DNA of 44,392 nucleotides, taken from contig DFKU01000055.1 of NCBI GenBank assembly GCA_002373615.1, positions 1,369-45,760 on the forward strand. Direction: 5' to 3'. The translations under genes were made by a program, and so were the position numbers. This document shows, piece after piece, positions 10,426-18,054 of the stretch. The stretch is from Alphaproteobacteria bacterium UBA3637. Its GTDB lineage: Bacteria > Pseudomonadota > Alphaproteobacteria > CAAHEQ01 > UBA3637. Within the stretch, counting starts at the first letter, position 1. Each line of letters begins with the position of its first letter. Below the pieces are notes generated by a model. The model was given only the letters and a program-made list of their open reading frames with translations, had not been told where the DNA came from and made no database searches.

Positions 10426-11873
10426 TTTTTTTGCGTCCTTGGTTTTTATTGACTTTATTGATTCCTTTTTTATTGAAAGGAGTGAAGCATTTCAAAAAAG
10501 AAGAGACACCCTGGGCAAGGTTCATGGATAAAAAGTTATTAAATGCCCTTTTGGTTAAAGGAAAAGAAGGGAGTACTAAGGGACAATTATCGTGGAAGAT
10601 TTGGGCTTTATGGGGGGCATGGTGTATAGCGTTAGCAGGGCCCGGTTTTTACAAGCTTCCAACCCCTGCAGTGGAAAGTGCCCCCAATACTGTCATCGTT
10701 TTTGATTTATCCATGCAAGGAAAAGAACTGATGCAAGGACAAGCAAAGCTGTATGATTTATTGACTGCTTTAAAAGGCGAACGCGTGGGATTGGTTGTCT
10801 TTGGAAGCCGGCAAGGTTATACAGCTATGCCCCTTACCCCCGATATTGATTTGGTTAAGGAAATTGTACCGACTTTGACCCCCAACGTTTTGCCAGAAGT
10901 GGCGACAAATCCAAAGGCGGGTTTTCAATATGCAGAAGAATTGTTGGATAAAGCAGGTCAAAAAGGGCGTATTTTATATGTGACAAACAAACCACAAAAA
11001 GAACAAGGGCGTTATCCTTTTGGTGTTTTGGATTTGACAAAAAGAACTCTTGACACCAGCGACATTGAAAACCTGTTAGAAAAAACACGAACAGAGGCAA
11101 CCATTGGCGACAATGCTTTTTCAACACAGGCAGATGTGTGGGCTGATTTGGGAGGATGGTTGGTATTATTAAGTCTGCCCTTCTTTGCCTTGATGTTCAG
11201 AAAAGGCGTTTTATTTCTAGTCTTCTTTTTATTGGCGACAAACGTACAAGCCGGATTTTTGTGGCGCTCAGATCAAGAAGCATATAAAACAGAACAAAAA
11301 GGGATTGAAGCCTATCAAAATAAAGAATATCAGTCAGCCATTCATGCCTTTCAACAATCAGGTAATTTGTATAATTTGGGAAATGCTTTGGCTTTTGCCG
11401 GGGATATTCAAGGGGCGATTGATGCCTATAAGCAGGAATTAGAAAAAAATCCCACCAACCAAGATGCCAAATTTAACAAAGAGTATTTAGAAAAGCAGTT
11501 GCCCCCCCCTGATGATCAAGCTCAGCAAAATGAAGACGGGGAATCTGAAGAAAACAAAAATGATTCAAATGAGGAGTCAGAGCAAGATCAAACAGGAGAA
11601 AATCAAGAAGAATCCCAAGAAAGTGAATCTCAAGAAAAAAATTCCGAGGAACACTCAGAAAATCAAAAAGAAGATTCACAAGCAAATCCATCCCAAAATC
11701 AACCCACACAAGAGGAAACGCAAGCTGAATTAGAGCAAGCTTTAGCCGAATATGAATCTGAATCCCCCTATAATCAAGAAGAGCAACAAATCATCAACCG
11801 ATTAAATCATGATCCTTCCCGCGTATTACGCTATCGGTTGATGTTACAGCATGAAAGAGGAAAAATAAAATGA
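10422..11873 (+). CDS. BatB/BatC-like fusion (degenerate vWA, TPR and acidic low-complexity tail)
   Basis: ATGA overlap with batA and AGGAGG RBS. Contains 'FLRPWFL', 'RVGLVVF…PLTPD', TPR 'YNLGNALA…AIDAY…DAKFN' and an E/Q/N-rich tail. Confidence 0.8.
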   Translation: MIFLRPWFLLTLLIPFLLKGVKHFKKEETPWARFMDKKLLNALLVKGKEGSTKGQLSWKIWALWGAWCIALAGPGFYKLPTPAVESAPNTVIVFDLSMQGKELMQGQAKLYDLLTALKGERVGLVVFGSRQGYTAMPLTPDIDLVKEIVPTLTPNVLPEVATNPKAGFQYAEELLDKAGQKGRILYVTNKPQKEQGRYPFGVLDLTKRTLDTSDIENLLEKTRTEATIGDNAFSTQADVWADLGGWLVLLSLPFFALMFRKGVLFLVFFLLATNVQAGFLWRSDQEAYKTEQKGIEAYQNKEYQSAIHAFQQSGNLYNLGNALAFAGDIQGAIDAYKQELEKNPTNQDAKFNKEYLEKQLPPPDDQAQQNEDGESEENKNDSNEESEQDQTGENQEESQESESQEKNSEEHSENQKEDSQANPSQNQPTQEETQAELEQALAEYESESPYNQEEQQIINRLNHDPSRVLRYRLMLQHERGKIK

Positions 11874-13267
11874 AAAAGTTATTTTTAATGGGAATTTGTT
11901 TATTTACTATTAAAGCATGGGCTTTGGAAGCGCATTTGAATCCGAACCCTATTATGCGGGGGGAGAGCGTGGAATTATCTATCAGCTCGGATAAACCTGT
12001 TACAGCACCTGAAAATTTAAAAGAGCTGACGCAAAATTTTTTGATTGCAGGCAGTCAACAACGTCAATCCAGTCAATTTGTGAACGGGGTTGGTTCTACC
12101 ACCTATGAAACAGCCTTTGTTTTACATCCTTTAAAGGGAGGGGAAATTCAAATTCCTGCTTTAAAAATTGGTAATGAAAAAACGGCTCCTTTAACTTTAA
12201 AGGTCCTGGATAAAGCTGAAACGAAAGAAAAACAAGCGGACTTACCCACTTTAGAATTAGTGGCTGATGTATCTAATCAAACCCCCTATGAGGGACAAAC
12301 GATTTTTTACACTTTAACCCTGACAGACGGGCAAGGATTGATTGGTGGGGAAATCATTCCGGCAAAAGTGGAAAATGCACGGCTAAATCAAATTGGGCAG
12401 GATAAAACTGAGTCTGTCATTAAAAATGGGCAACGCGTTCATGAAATCAGTCGCAGCTATACGTTGACTCCTGATAAAGCTGGAAAAATTGAGATTCCCC
12501 CTGCCCTGTTTAATGGAGAAGTTTCCTATAAAGCTCAGCGCCCCAGCAGCAAGCGTAAGTTTTTTGGAATTGCTGATGCAGACTTATTGTTTGGGAACTT
12601 TTTTAATACGACACGTCCTGTCAGTTTTACCAGCAACCCCGTAATGATAGAGGTTCAACCAAAGCCTGGCAATGTAAAGGGGTGGTGGCTCCCTTCCACA
12701 AAAGTGGAATTGATGGCAGATTATCAAATTCCACAAATTGTACAAGTGGGGGATACAATCTCTGGGATATTTATTTTAAGGGCACAAGATGTAGATGCCA
12801 GCAATATGCCTGTCCCCCGCCTGAATAATTCAGCGGATTTTCGCCTGTACCCCAAACCAGAAGAACGGACAACATCCCTTCAAGAGGGGCACCTATTGGG
12901 ACAAGTCAGTATGCCATTTACATTAATTCCTTTAAAAGCAGGTCCTATTGAAATTCCTGAAGTTTCTGTTTCTTGGTTCAATACAATGACAAAAAAATGG
13001 GAAAAAGCAACTGTTCCCGCTCGTCCTTTAACTGTTGAAGAAAGCTCAATTGCCCCTGTTATTGCTTCTCACGCTGAGGCAAGTATTCCCCCAAAAGAGG
13101 TGCCTGCCATTGTAAAAGAGCCCCCCAAATCGTGGATGTGGCTGGCCTTAGGATTGGGGGTTGGAGTGTTGTTTAGCGCATTTGTTGTGGGCCTGATATT
13201 CTTATACAAACACTTGCGTCAAAAGAAAAAAGAAAAGCCTTTGCCGGATTTTTATCCTTTTAAGTAA
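11870..13267 (+). CDS. batD: BatD-like protein
   Basis: Signal peptide, 'SQFVNG' and 'WWLPS' motifs, repeated Ig-like 'P.K.G.I.IP' motifs and a C-terminal TM. Third gene of the bat cluster. Confidence 0.8.
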   Translation: MKKLFLMGICLFTIKAWALEAHLNPNPIMRGESVELSISSDKPVTAPENLKELTQNFLIAGSQQRQSSQFVNGVGSTTYETAFVLHPLKGGEIQIPALKIGNEKTAPLTLKVLDKAETKEKQADLPTLELVADVSNQTPYEGQTIFYTLTLTDGQGLIGGEIIPAKVENARLNQIGQDKTESVIKNGQRVHEISRSYTLTPDKAGKIEIPPALFNGEVSYKAQRPSSKRKFFGIADADLLFGNFFNTTRPVSFTSNPVMIEVQPKPGNVKGWWLPSTKVELMADYQIPQIVQVGDTISGIFILRAQDVDASNMPVPRLNNSADFRLYPKPEERTTSLQEGHLLGQVSMPFTLIPLKAGPIEIPEVSVSWFNTMTKKWEKATVPARPLTVEESSIAPVIASHAEASIPPKEVPAIVKEPPKSWMWLALGLGVGVLFSAFVVGLIFLYKHLRQKKKEKPLPDFYPFK

Positions 13268-13334
13268 AAAAAGTCTTGACTTTCATTTAAATTTATGGCA
13301 AAATAGCGCTACTTGTATTTAAAAAGAAAGGAAA

Positions 13335-13634
13335 ATGACTATGACAAAAAAATGTATGGTAACCGGAAAAGGTGTGTTGGCAGGGAATAATGACAGCTAT
13401 TCAAAGCGTAAAACACGTCGTCGCTTTATGCCCAATTTGCAAACTGTGGCAATTTACAGCGAAATTTTGGCTGCCCCTGTAAAAATCAGAATTACTTCTG
13501 CCGGCTTACGTACAATTGAAAAAAATGGCGGGTTGGATTTGTATTTGTTGAACACCCCTGTTTCTAAATTGTCAGCAGAATCTAAAAAATTACGTGAACG
13601 CATTGCTGCTGCAAAAGTCGCAAAAGCTGCTTAA
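13335..13634 (+). CDS. rpmB: 50S ribosomal protein L28
   Basis: 'CMVTGK…GNN…KTRRRFMPNLQ…GLRTIEKNGGLD', the long alphaproteobacterial form. Confidence 0.95.
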   Translation: MTMTKKCMVTGKGVLAGNNDSYSKRKTRRRFMPNLQTVAIYSEILAAPVKIRITSAGLRTIEKNGGLDLYLLNTPVSKLSAESKKLRERIAAAKVAKAA

Positions 13635-13651
13635 TCGTTAAGTGAATTTTC

Positions 13652-13690
13652 AAACTCCCCGAAAAATTTTAAAGGGGAGTTTATTTTTTT
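13652..13690 (+). terminator. Probable terminator of rpmB
   Basis: AAACTCCCC…GGGGAGTTT followed by a T run. Confidence 0.65.
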
Positions 13691-13691
13691 C

Positions 13692-13720
13692 TTGACAGAG
13701 GGAAGTGTTTTGTGTATAAT
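13692..13720 (+). promoter_or_regulatory. Sigma70 promoter of tRNA-Leu
   Basis: TTGACA-17 nt-TATAAT, exact consensus. Confidence 0.85.
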
Positions 13721-13734
13721 TGTGGATACCTTAT

Positions 13735-13821
13735 GCCTCCATGGCGGAATTGGTAGACGCGGCAGACTCAAAATCTGCTCTTAGCAATAAGGTGCTGGTT
13801 CAAGTCCGGCTGGAGGTACCA
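13735..13821 (+). tRNA. tRNA-Leu (anticodon CAA)
   Basis: GCCTCCA/TGGAGGT acceptor stem, GCAGA-CTCAAAA-TCTGC anticodon arm, long variable arm, GGTTCAAGTCC and encoded CCA. Confidence 0.96.
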
Positions 13822-13879
13822 AATCAAGCGGCTCCCTAAATGGTGAGCTGATTTTTTATATTTTCCAAGCGCTTGTGCT
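13816..13879 (+). repeat. Direct repeat A, copy 1 (tRNA 3' end plus flank); copy 2 at 16871-16935
   Basis: GTACCAAATCAAGCGGCTCCCTAAATGGTGAGCTGATTTTT…TTTTCCAAGCGCTTGTGCT is nearly identical at both positions. Confidence 0.92.
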
Positions 13880-14089
13880 AGTTCGGTGGCAAGGTGCGCA
13901 ACGTAGCACCGCAGACACGACGCCGTAGGCGGTCCCGAATAAAATGAGGGATAAATTGTGCATCAGCCAATTTACATACTTACCCCTTCCGAAAGTGCTA
14001 AATTCCGTAAATTATCGAACTTTCGGGGGTGCTTGATTAATTTATACTTTTATGCTATAATTTCAGAGCTTTTGGAAAGGATATATCAC

Positions 14090-14653
14090 ATGGTTCAAGA
14101 ATTATATTTGAAATACAAAGACAGATACTTTGAAGATTTTTTTACACCAGAAGTCAGGGATTTACCAAAAGACAAAAAGGAACTTTTATTAAGTGAATTA
14201 GAAACTATGCGTAAAAACACCGCGATTATGGAAAATCGACGCAAACACGCAGAGGAAAAAGATTGGGAAGATGAAGCCGAAGAGTGGGGCCGAGCCAGAA
14301 GAAATGCCTTTCAACGGGGAGTTATGGCTGCCAATTTGATATTAGATTTACATCATAAAACTATGTTGGATGTGCGAGAAGTGTCTGAGATTCTGGATGG
14401 TTATTGTTTCGCTGCTCGGCAACGAGAGTCTGATTTATATACTATCCTCAGTAGACATAAATCTTGGGAGTACAGACATAACTATCAGGTATCAGAGTCT
14501 GGAAAAGTCTTTTATGAACAGTGTATGAGGGATTATTGTAATCCTCAAAAGCGGGACAAGTTTTTAAGTATTGTTAATGCAACACCTGCTGTAAAATTAG
14601 CGACAAAACAATTATCTTCTTTACAAGCCTCTAATCAGGGGATTGAAAGATGA
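14090..14653 (+). CDS. Hypothetical protein
   Basis: RBS GAAAGG before ATG 14090, and an upstream TTGATT-17-TATAAT promoter (14033-14061). Confidence 0.7.
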   Translation: MVQELYLKYKDRYFEDFFTPEVRDLPKDKKELLLSELETMRKNTAIMENRRKHAEEKDWEDEAEEWGRARRNAFQRGVMAANLILDLHHKTMLDVREVSEILDGYCFAARQRESDLYTILSRHKSWEYRHNYQVSESGKVFYEQCMRDYCNPQKRDKFLSIVNATPAVKLATKQLSSLQASNQGIER

Positions 14654-14725
14654 TCAATTTCCAAGGCTAACTTTTTGAAATCATTTAAATGTTTGGCTCG
14701 GTATTCGTTAAGTGTGTTGTACCAA
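14654..14725 (+). repeat. Direct repeat B, copy 1 (att-arm-like, ending in GTACCAA); copy 2 at 16806-16877
   Basis: TCAATTTCCA…CTTTTTGAAATC…TAAATGTTTGGCTCGGTATTCG.TAAG.G.GTTGTACCAA is shared between the two copies. Confidence 0.88.
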
Positions 14726-14906
14726 GTATTACAACCACCATTTCAAGGGTGGTTTTTCAATTCCGACATCAATTCATTCTGCGTTACCACTTGAATTCAT
14801 TGTGTTTCATTGCTTTGCGGGCAAAAATAATTCACCGGATTATTTTTGCTTGCGCAGTTATCGAACTCTTAAATGCAAAGTACTTTAAAAACAATAACTT
14901 GTTAAA

Positions 14907-14920
14907 GTTCAAGTCCGGCT
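14907..14920 (+). repeat. 14-bp copy of the tRNA-Leu T-arm (att relic)
   Basis: GTTCAAGTCCGGCT is identical to 13798-13811. A degenerate version lies at 16956-16968. Confidence 0.7.
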
Positions 14921-14983
14921 AGCTCAAAAACAAAAAAAACCCGGACGAATCCGAGGTTGGTATTGTTATTCAAAATGAGTATA

Positions 14984-15253
14984 TTACCTTTGATTTTGAT
15001 TAGAGGGAGTCTTTTGACTTCTTTTGTGTGATGCTACTTTAGAGGGGGCCTGAGATTTATCAAACGCAATAGATACATCTACTTTTTCTAGTTTACCATT
15101 CTCAGCTTTATCTGCTAATTTCAAAAGACGTTCCCTTGCTTGAAAGGGAGATTCAAATCTTTTATTTGGAGAACTTATTGGACGATAGGAAGCACCTTCG
15201 TTTTCAAGTGCAGTCATAATCCGTTCTTTTGTTAATTTTACTTTTTGAGTCAT
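14984..15253 (-). CDS. Hypothetical protein (89 aa)
   Basis: RBS AAGGAG, an upstream TTGACA and a downstream hairpin. Confidence 0.65.
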   Translation of the reverse strand: MTQKVKLTKERIMTALENEGASYRPISSPNKRFESPFQARERLLKLADKAENGKLEKVDVSIAFDKSQAPSKVASHKRSQKTPSNQNQR

Positions 15254-15319
15254 CTTATGCTCCTTTCTATTAATAAGATAGAAGTGGTGGTATCACATTC
15301 TGAGACACTTGTCAATATA

Positions 15320-16309
15320 TCAGCGACCTTCACGTCTTTTTGCCAAAGCCTGGGATGTCATACTTTTTGAAACGTGTCTTTTTCGTGAGACCACATTTCC
15401 AATTTTTGTTTTTGAATGTTCTGTTACACGTTCAATCGGCATCATTTCCTTGGCAAAATAGGTATCCAAATAATGTTTCATAAATGTTTTTGAAAAATCG
15501 CCGTCATATTTTTTCTTTGTGTCAAATTGAATGCCAGCAAATAAACATTTTTTAGCGACCATCCAGCCACTTTTATCCATCAGCCATTCTATTGGTTGGA
15601 CCTCAACCCAATAAGGTTTTCCCTCTTTTACCTGTTCCCTTGTAGATAGCGTGCTATACTGGCTGTCTGAAGGACGTCCAAGGACACGGATATACCTTTT
15701 ACCATCCATTTCATATTCGGGGACGGACATGGCCTTAAAAGGCGTATCACAATCTTCTGGATCAACTGAATCAAATGTGTAATTTTTCCCAGTCGGACGA
15801 AGAGATTTTAGAGCATGTAATCTTTCTAATTTTTCGCTGGTACGCTCATCAGCAACCTTTTGCGGGTATTGGCCATATTCCGCTACGCAGATTCCAAAGT
15901 TAGTCCGAGCATTGCTCGGGCTGATTTTAGATGCCTCCGATGGAGGCAACGCGGGTCGCGCCGAGGGTCCACGACGAAACGCGGGATAGCCGCTCCCTTT
16001 CTTACATCCGAACTCATCACAGAGGCAATGCACGTCCTCATCCCTATAAGTGCGATACACGCCCTCAACACTATAAATATGAGAATAAGGAGACGCGGTC
16101 CAAGAGATACAAGCTGGCCCGTCATGAGAAAGAGAAGTATGATCAAGGGGAAGGGTTATCCAACCACCCAATATGACGGCCAGATCTGTTTGCGCAACCA
16201 TCCCGCCATAAAGGTCCATAACATCCAGGGCACCTTTGCGATACCATGTCTGTTCTTCCTGGTTGCCCCATACCTGCTCTGCCTTCAAAAACGTAAAATC
16301 CAAAGCCAT
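15320..16309 (-). CDS. Hypothetical protein, paralogue A (possibly DUF6273-like)
   Basis: Shares 'PTDLA.LLG', 'RPALPPSE', 'EYG.YPQ' and 'YW.EVQPIEWLMDKSGWMVAKKCLFA' blocks with 17028-17918. Start set at ATG 16309 behind AGGAG. The family name is tentative. Confidence 0.8.
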   Translation of the reverse strand: MALDFTFLKAEQVWGNQEEQTWYRKGALDVMDLYGGMVAQTDLAVILGGWITLPLDHTSLSHDGPACISWTASPYSHIYSVEGVYRTYRDEDVHCLCDEFGCKKGSGYPAFRRGPSARPALPPSEASKISPSNARTNFGICVAEYGQYPQKVADERTSEKLERLHALKSLRPTGKNYTFDSVDPEDCDTPFKAMSVPEYEMDGKRYIRVLGRPSDSQYSTLSTREQVKEGKPYWVEVQPIEWLMDKSGWMVAKKCLFAGIQFDTKKKYDGDFSKTFMKHYLDTYFAKEMMPIERVTEHSKTKIGNVVSRKRHVSKSMTSQALAKRREGR

Positions 16310-16339
16310 AATAAATCTCCTTGTTAAAAGAATGTGCTC

Positions 16340-16368
16340 ATTATACATAAAAACACACTATTTGTCAA
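16340..16368 (-). promoter_or_regulatory. Sigma70 promoter of paralogue A
   Basis: TTGACA-17-TATAAT on the minus strand. A near-identical copy lies at 17949-17977. Confidence 0.8.
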
Positions 16369-16372
16369 TGTA

Positions 16373-16675
16373 TCAGCGACCTTCACGTCTTTTTGCTAAA
16401 GTTTGAGATAGCAGACTTATTTGAGAAGGTCTTCTTCTTAATGGGGCTTTTTGTTCTTTGATAGCTTCTTTTGCCCACTCATTACAAATCTCATTTATTA
16501 GCTTTTTTGCTTCTTCTTTAGAACATCTATACAAAGACATAACGCTTTCCAAAGCTTTACGTTCTATTTCTTTTCTCTCTTTCTTATGTCTTTTATCTTC
16601 TTGTCTTTTTTGACGTGCTTCTTCGCGTTCTCGTTCTCTTTTTGTTTTTGGTGGTTCGGCATAAAACGACGACAT
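16373..16675 (-). CDS. Hypothetical charged helical protein (100 aa)
   Basis: RBS AAGGAG. The C-terminus SQTLAKRREGR is shared with paralogue A. Confidence 0.7.
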   Translation of the reverse strand: MSSFYAEPPKTKREREREEARQKRQEDKRHKKERKEIERKALESVMSLYRCSKEEAKKLINEICNEWAKEAIKEQKAPLRRRPSQISLLSQTLAKRREGR

Positions 16676-16805
16676 TTAATAACTCCTTCATATCTGTTAA
16701 TAATTTTTGAGTTCTTAGGTTATTATACCACAAATTTCCTAAAAAGCAAATTTTGAGAGACAATTAATTTGGAACGTCGACGTCCCGTTTTAAATTTTCA
16801 AAAGT

Positions 16806-16935
16806 TCAATTTCCAGTACCAGCTTTTTGAAATCCACTAAATGTTTGGCTCGGTATTCGCTAAGCGAGTTGTACCAAATCAAGCGGCTCCCTAAATGGTG
16901 AGCTGATTTTTTTATGTTTTCCAAGCGCTTGTGCT
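16806..16935 (+). repeat. Hybrid site: repeat B joined to repeat A through the GTACCA core (attR-like)
   Basis: The left part matches 14654-14725 and the right part matches 13816-13879. They overlap at GTACCAA (16871-16877). Confidence 0.85.
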
Positions 16936-17027
16936 GGAATCAATAACTTATTTAAGTTCGAGTCTGGTATGGGCTCAAAGTAAAAAAATAACCCCAGCCG
17001 AAACTGGGGGTATCACGACAGAAAAAA

Positions 17028-17918
17028 CTATCTCGTTACTTGTCTTTTCTTTAAAGCTATTTTTCCAATTTTTGTTTTTGAATGTTTTACTACACGTTCA
17101 ATCGGCATCATTTGTTTGGCAAAGTAGGTGTCCAAATAATGTTTCATGAATGTCTTGGAAAACTCACCTTTATAACATAAATCTGGATGATATTGAATAC
17201 TAGCAAACAAACATTTCTTGGCGACCATCCAGCCACTTTTATCCATCAGCCATTCTATCGGTTGTACTTCAATCCAATAGGGTTTTCTAGAATATAGCAC
17301 TTCTCCGTTAGATGCTTGTCCCAGACAGGTCCACCCGATGTGCTCATTATCATATCTCGGCCCATACCCATTAATACGAATATACCTTTTACCATCCAGT
17401 TGATATTCCCGATAGGATTTAGGCCTAAAAGGCGTGTCGTCCCCCCCGTGACCCTTTTCGTCAGCTGAATCAAATGTGTATTTCCTCTTGCTGGATGAAG
17501 ATTTAAGTCCATATAAACGTTCCAAGGCTCTACTTGTGCGCTTATCGACAAGCGTTTGGGGGTATTCACCATATTCTACTATGCGAACTCCGGATTTGAG
17601 AGTTCTCACTTCTTTTGGATTGATTTTAGATACCTCTGATGGAGGTAAAGCGGGGCGTGCAGGGCAGTAACGAACAGCAGGATCAAGAGGCCCGATCTTA
17701 TCGCCAAAACAGTCGACACAATGCGGACTTTGGTTCTCGTTCGCGTACCAACAGAAACATGCGGGATCGTTTTCAGAAGTACGACTATTGTATGTTCCTA
17801 CACCCAAGAGAATAGCCAAATCAGTTGGGGCAACCTTTGTACCATACTTTTTCATCACATCCAGGGCATCATCGCCCCATATTTGCTCTTCACTCAATAA
17901 TGTAAAATTCAAAGTCAT
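17028..17918 (-). CDS. Hypothetical protein, paralogue B
   Basis: Blockwise similarity to 15320-16309, with the same promoter and RBS region. Start at ATG 17918. Confidence 0.8.
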   Translation of the reverse strand: MTLNFTLLSEEQIWGDDALDVMKKYGTKVAPTDLAILLGVGTYNSRTSENDPACFCWYANENQSPHCVDCFGDKIGPLDPAVRYCPARPALPPSEVSKINPKEVRTLKSGVRIVEYGEYPQTLVDKRTSRALERLYGLKSSSSKRKYTFDSADEKGHGGDDTPFRPKSYREYQLDGKRYIRINGYGPRYDNEHIGWTCLGQASNGEVLYSRKPYWIEVQPIEWLMDKSGWMVAKKCLFASIQYHPDLCYKGEFSKTFMKHYLDTYFAKQMMPIERVVKHSKTKIGKIALKKRQVTR

Positions 17919-17948
17919 AATAAATCTCCTTGTTAAAAGAATGTCCTC

Positions 17949-17977
17949 ATTATACATCAAAACACACTATTTGTCAA
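17949..17977 (-). promoter_or_regulatory. Sigma70 promoter of paralogue B
   Basis: TTGACA-17-TATAAT on the minus strand. Confidence 0.8.
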
Positions 17978-18054
17978 TTTTTTTACAAAAAGTGATTTGG
18001 AAGCTCCACCTTCTTAAAACAAAAAAATAAGAAATGTCACTTATGTGAGCAGTT

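Noticed and set aside
11500-11780. E/Q/N/S-rich low-complexity stretch and overlapping short ORFs
   Set aside because: This is the ordinary acidic linker of BatB/C-type TPR proteins. The alternate-frame ORFs are by-products.
14689-14922. 77-aa plus-strand ORF
   Set aside because: It has no RBS and lies across att-like relic sequence whose coding signal is on the opposite strand.
15320-17918. Diversity-generating retroelement acting on the paralogue pair
   Set aside because: There is no reverse transcriptase, and the differences include indels and all base types rather than adenine-specific substitutions.
13816-17977. Possible CRISPR array or integron cassette array
   Set aside because: The repeats are few, long and unevenly spaced, and they flank whole genes with their own promoters. 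There are no cas genes, no integron integrase and no attC-like R/L box structure.
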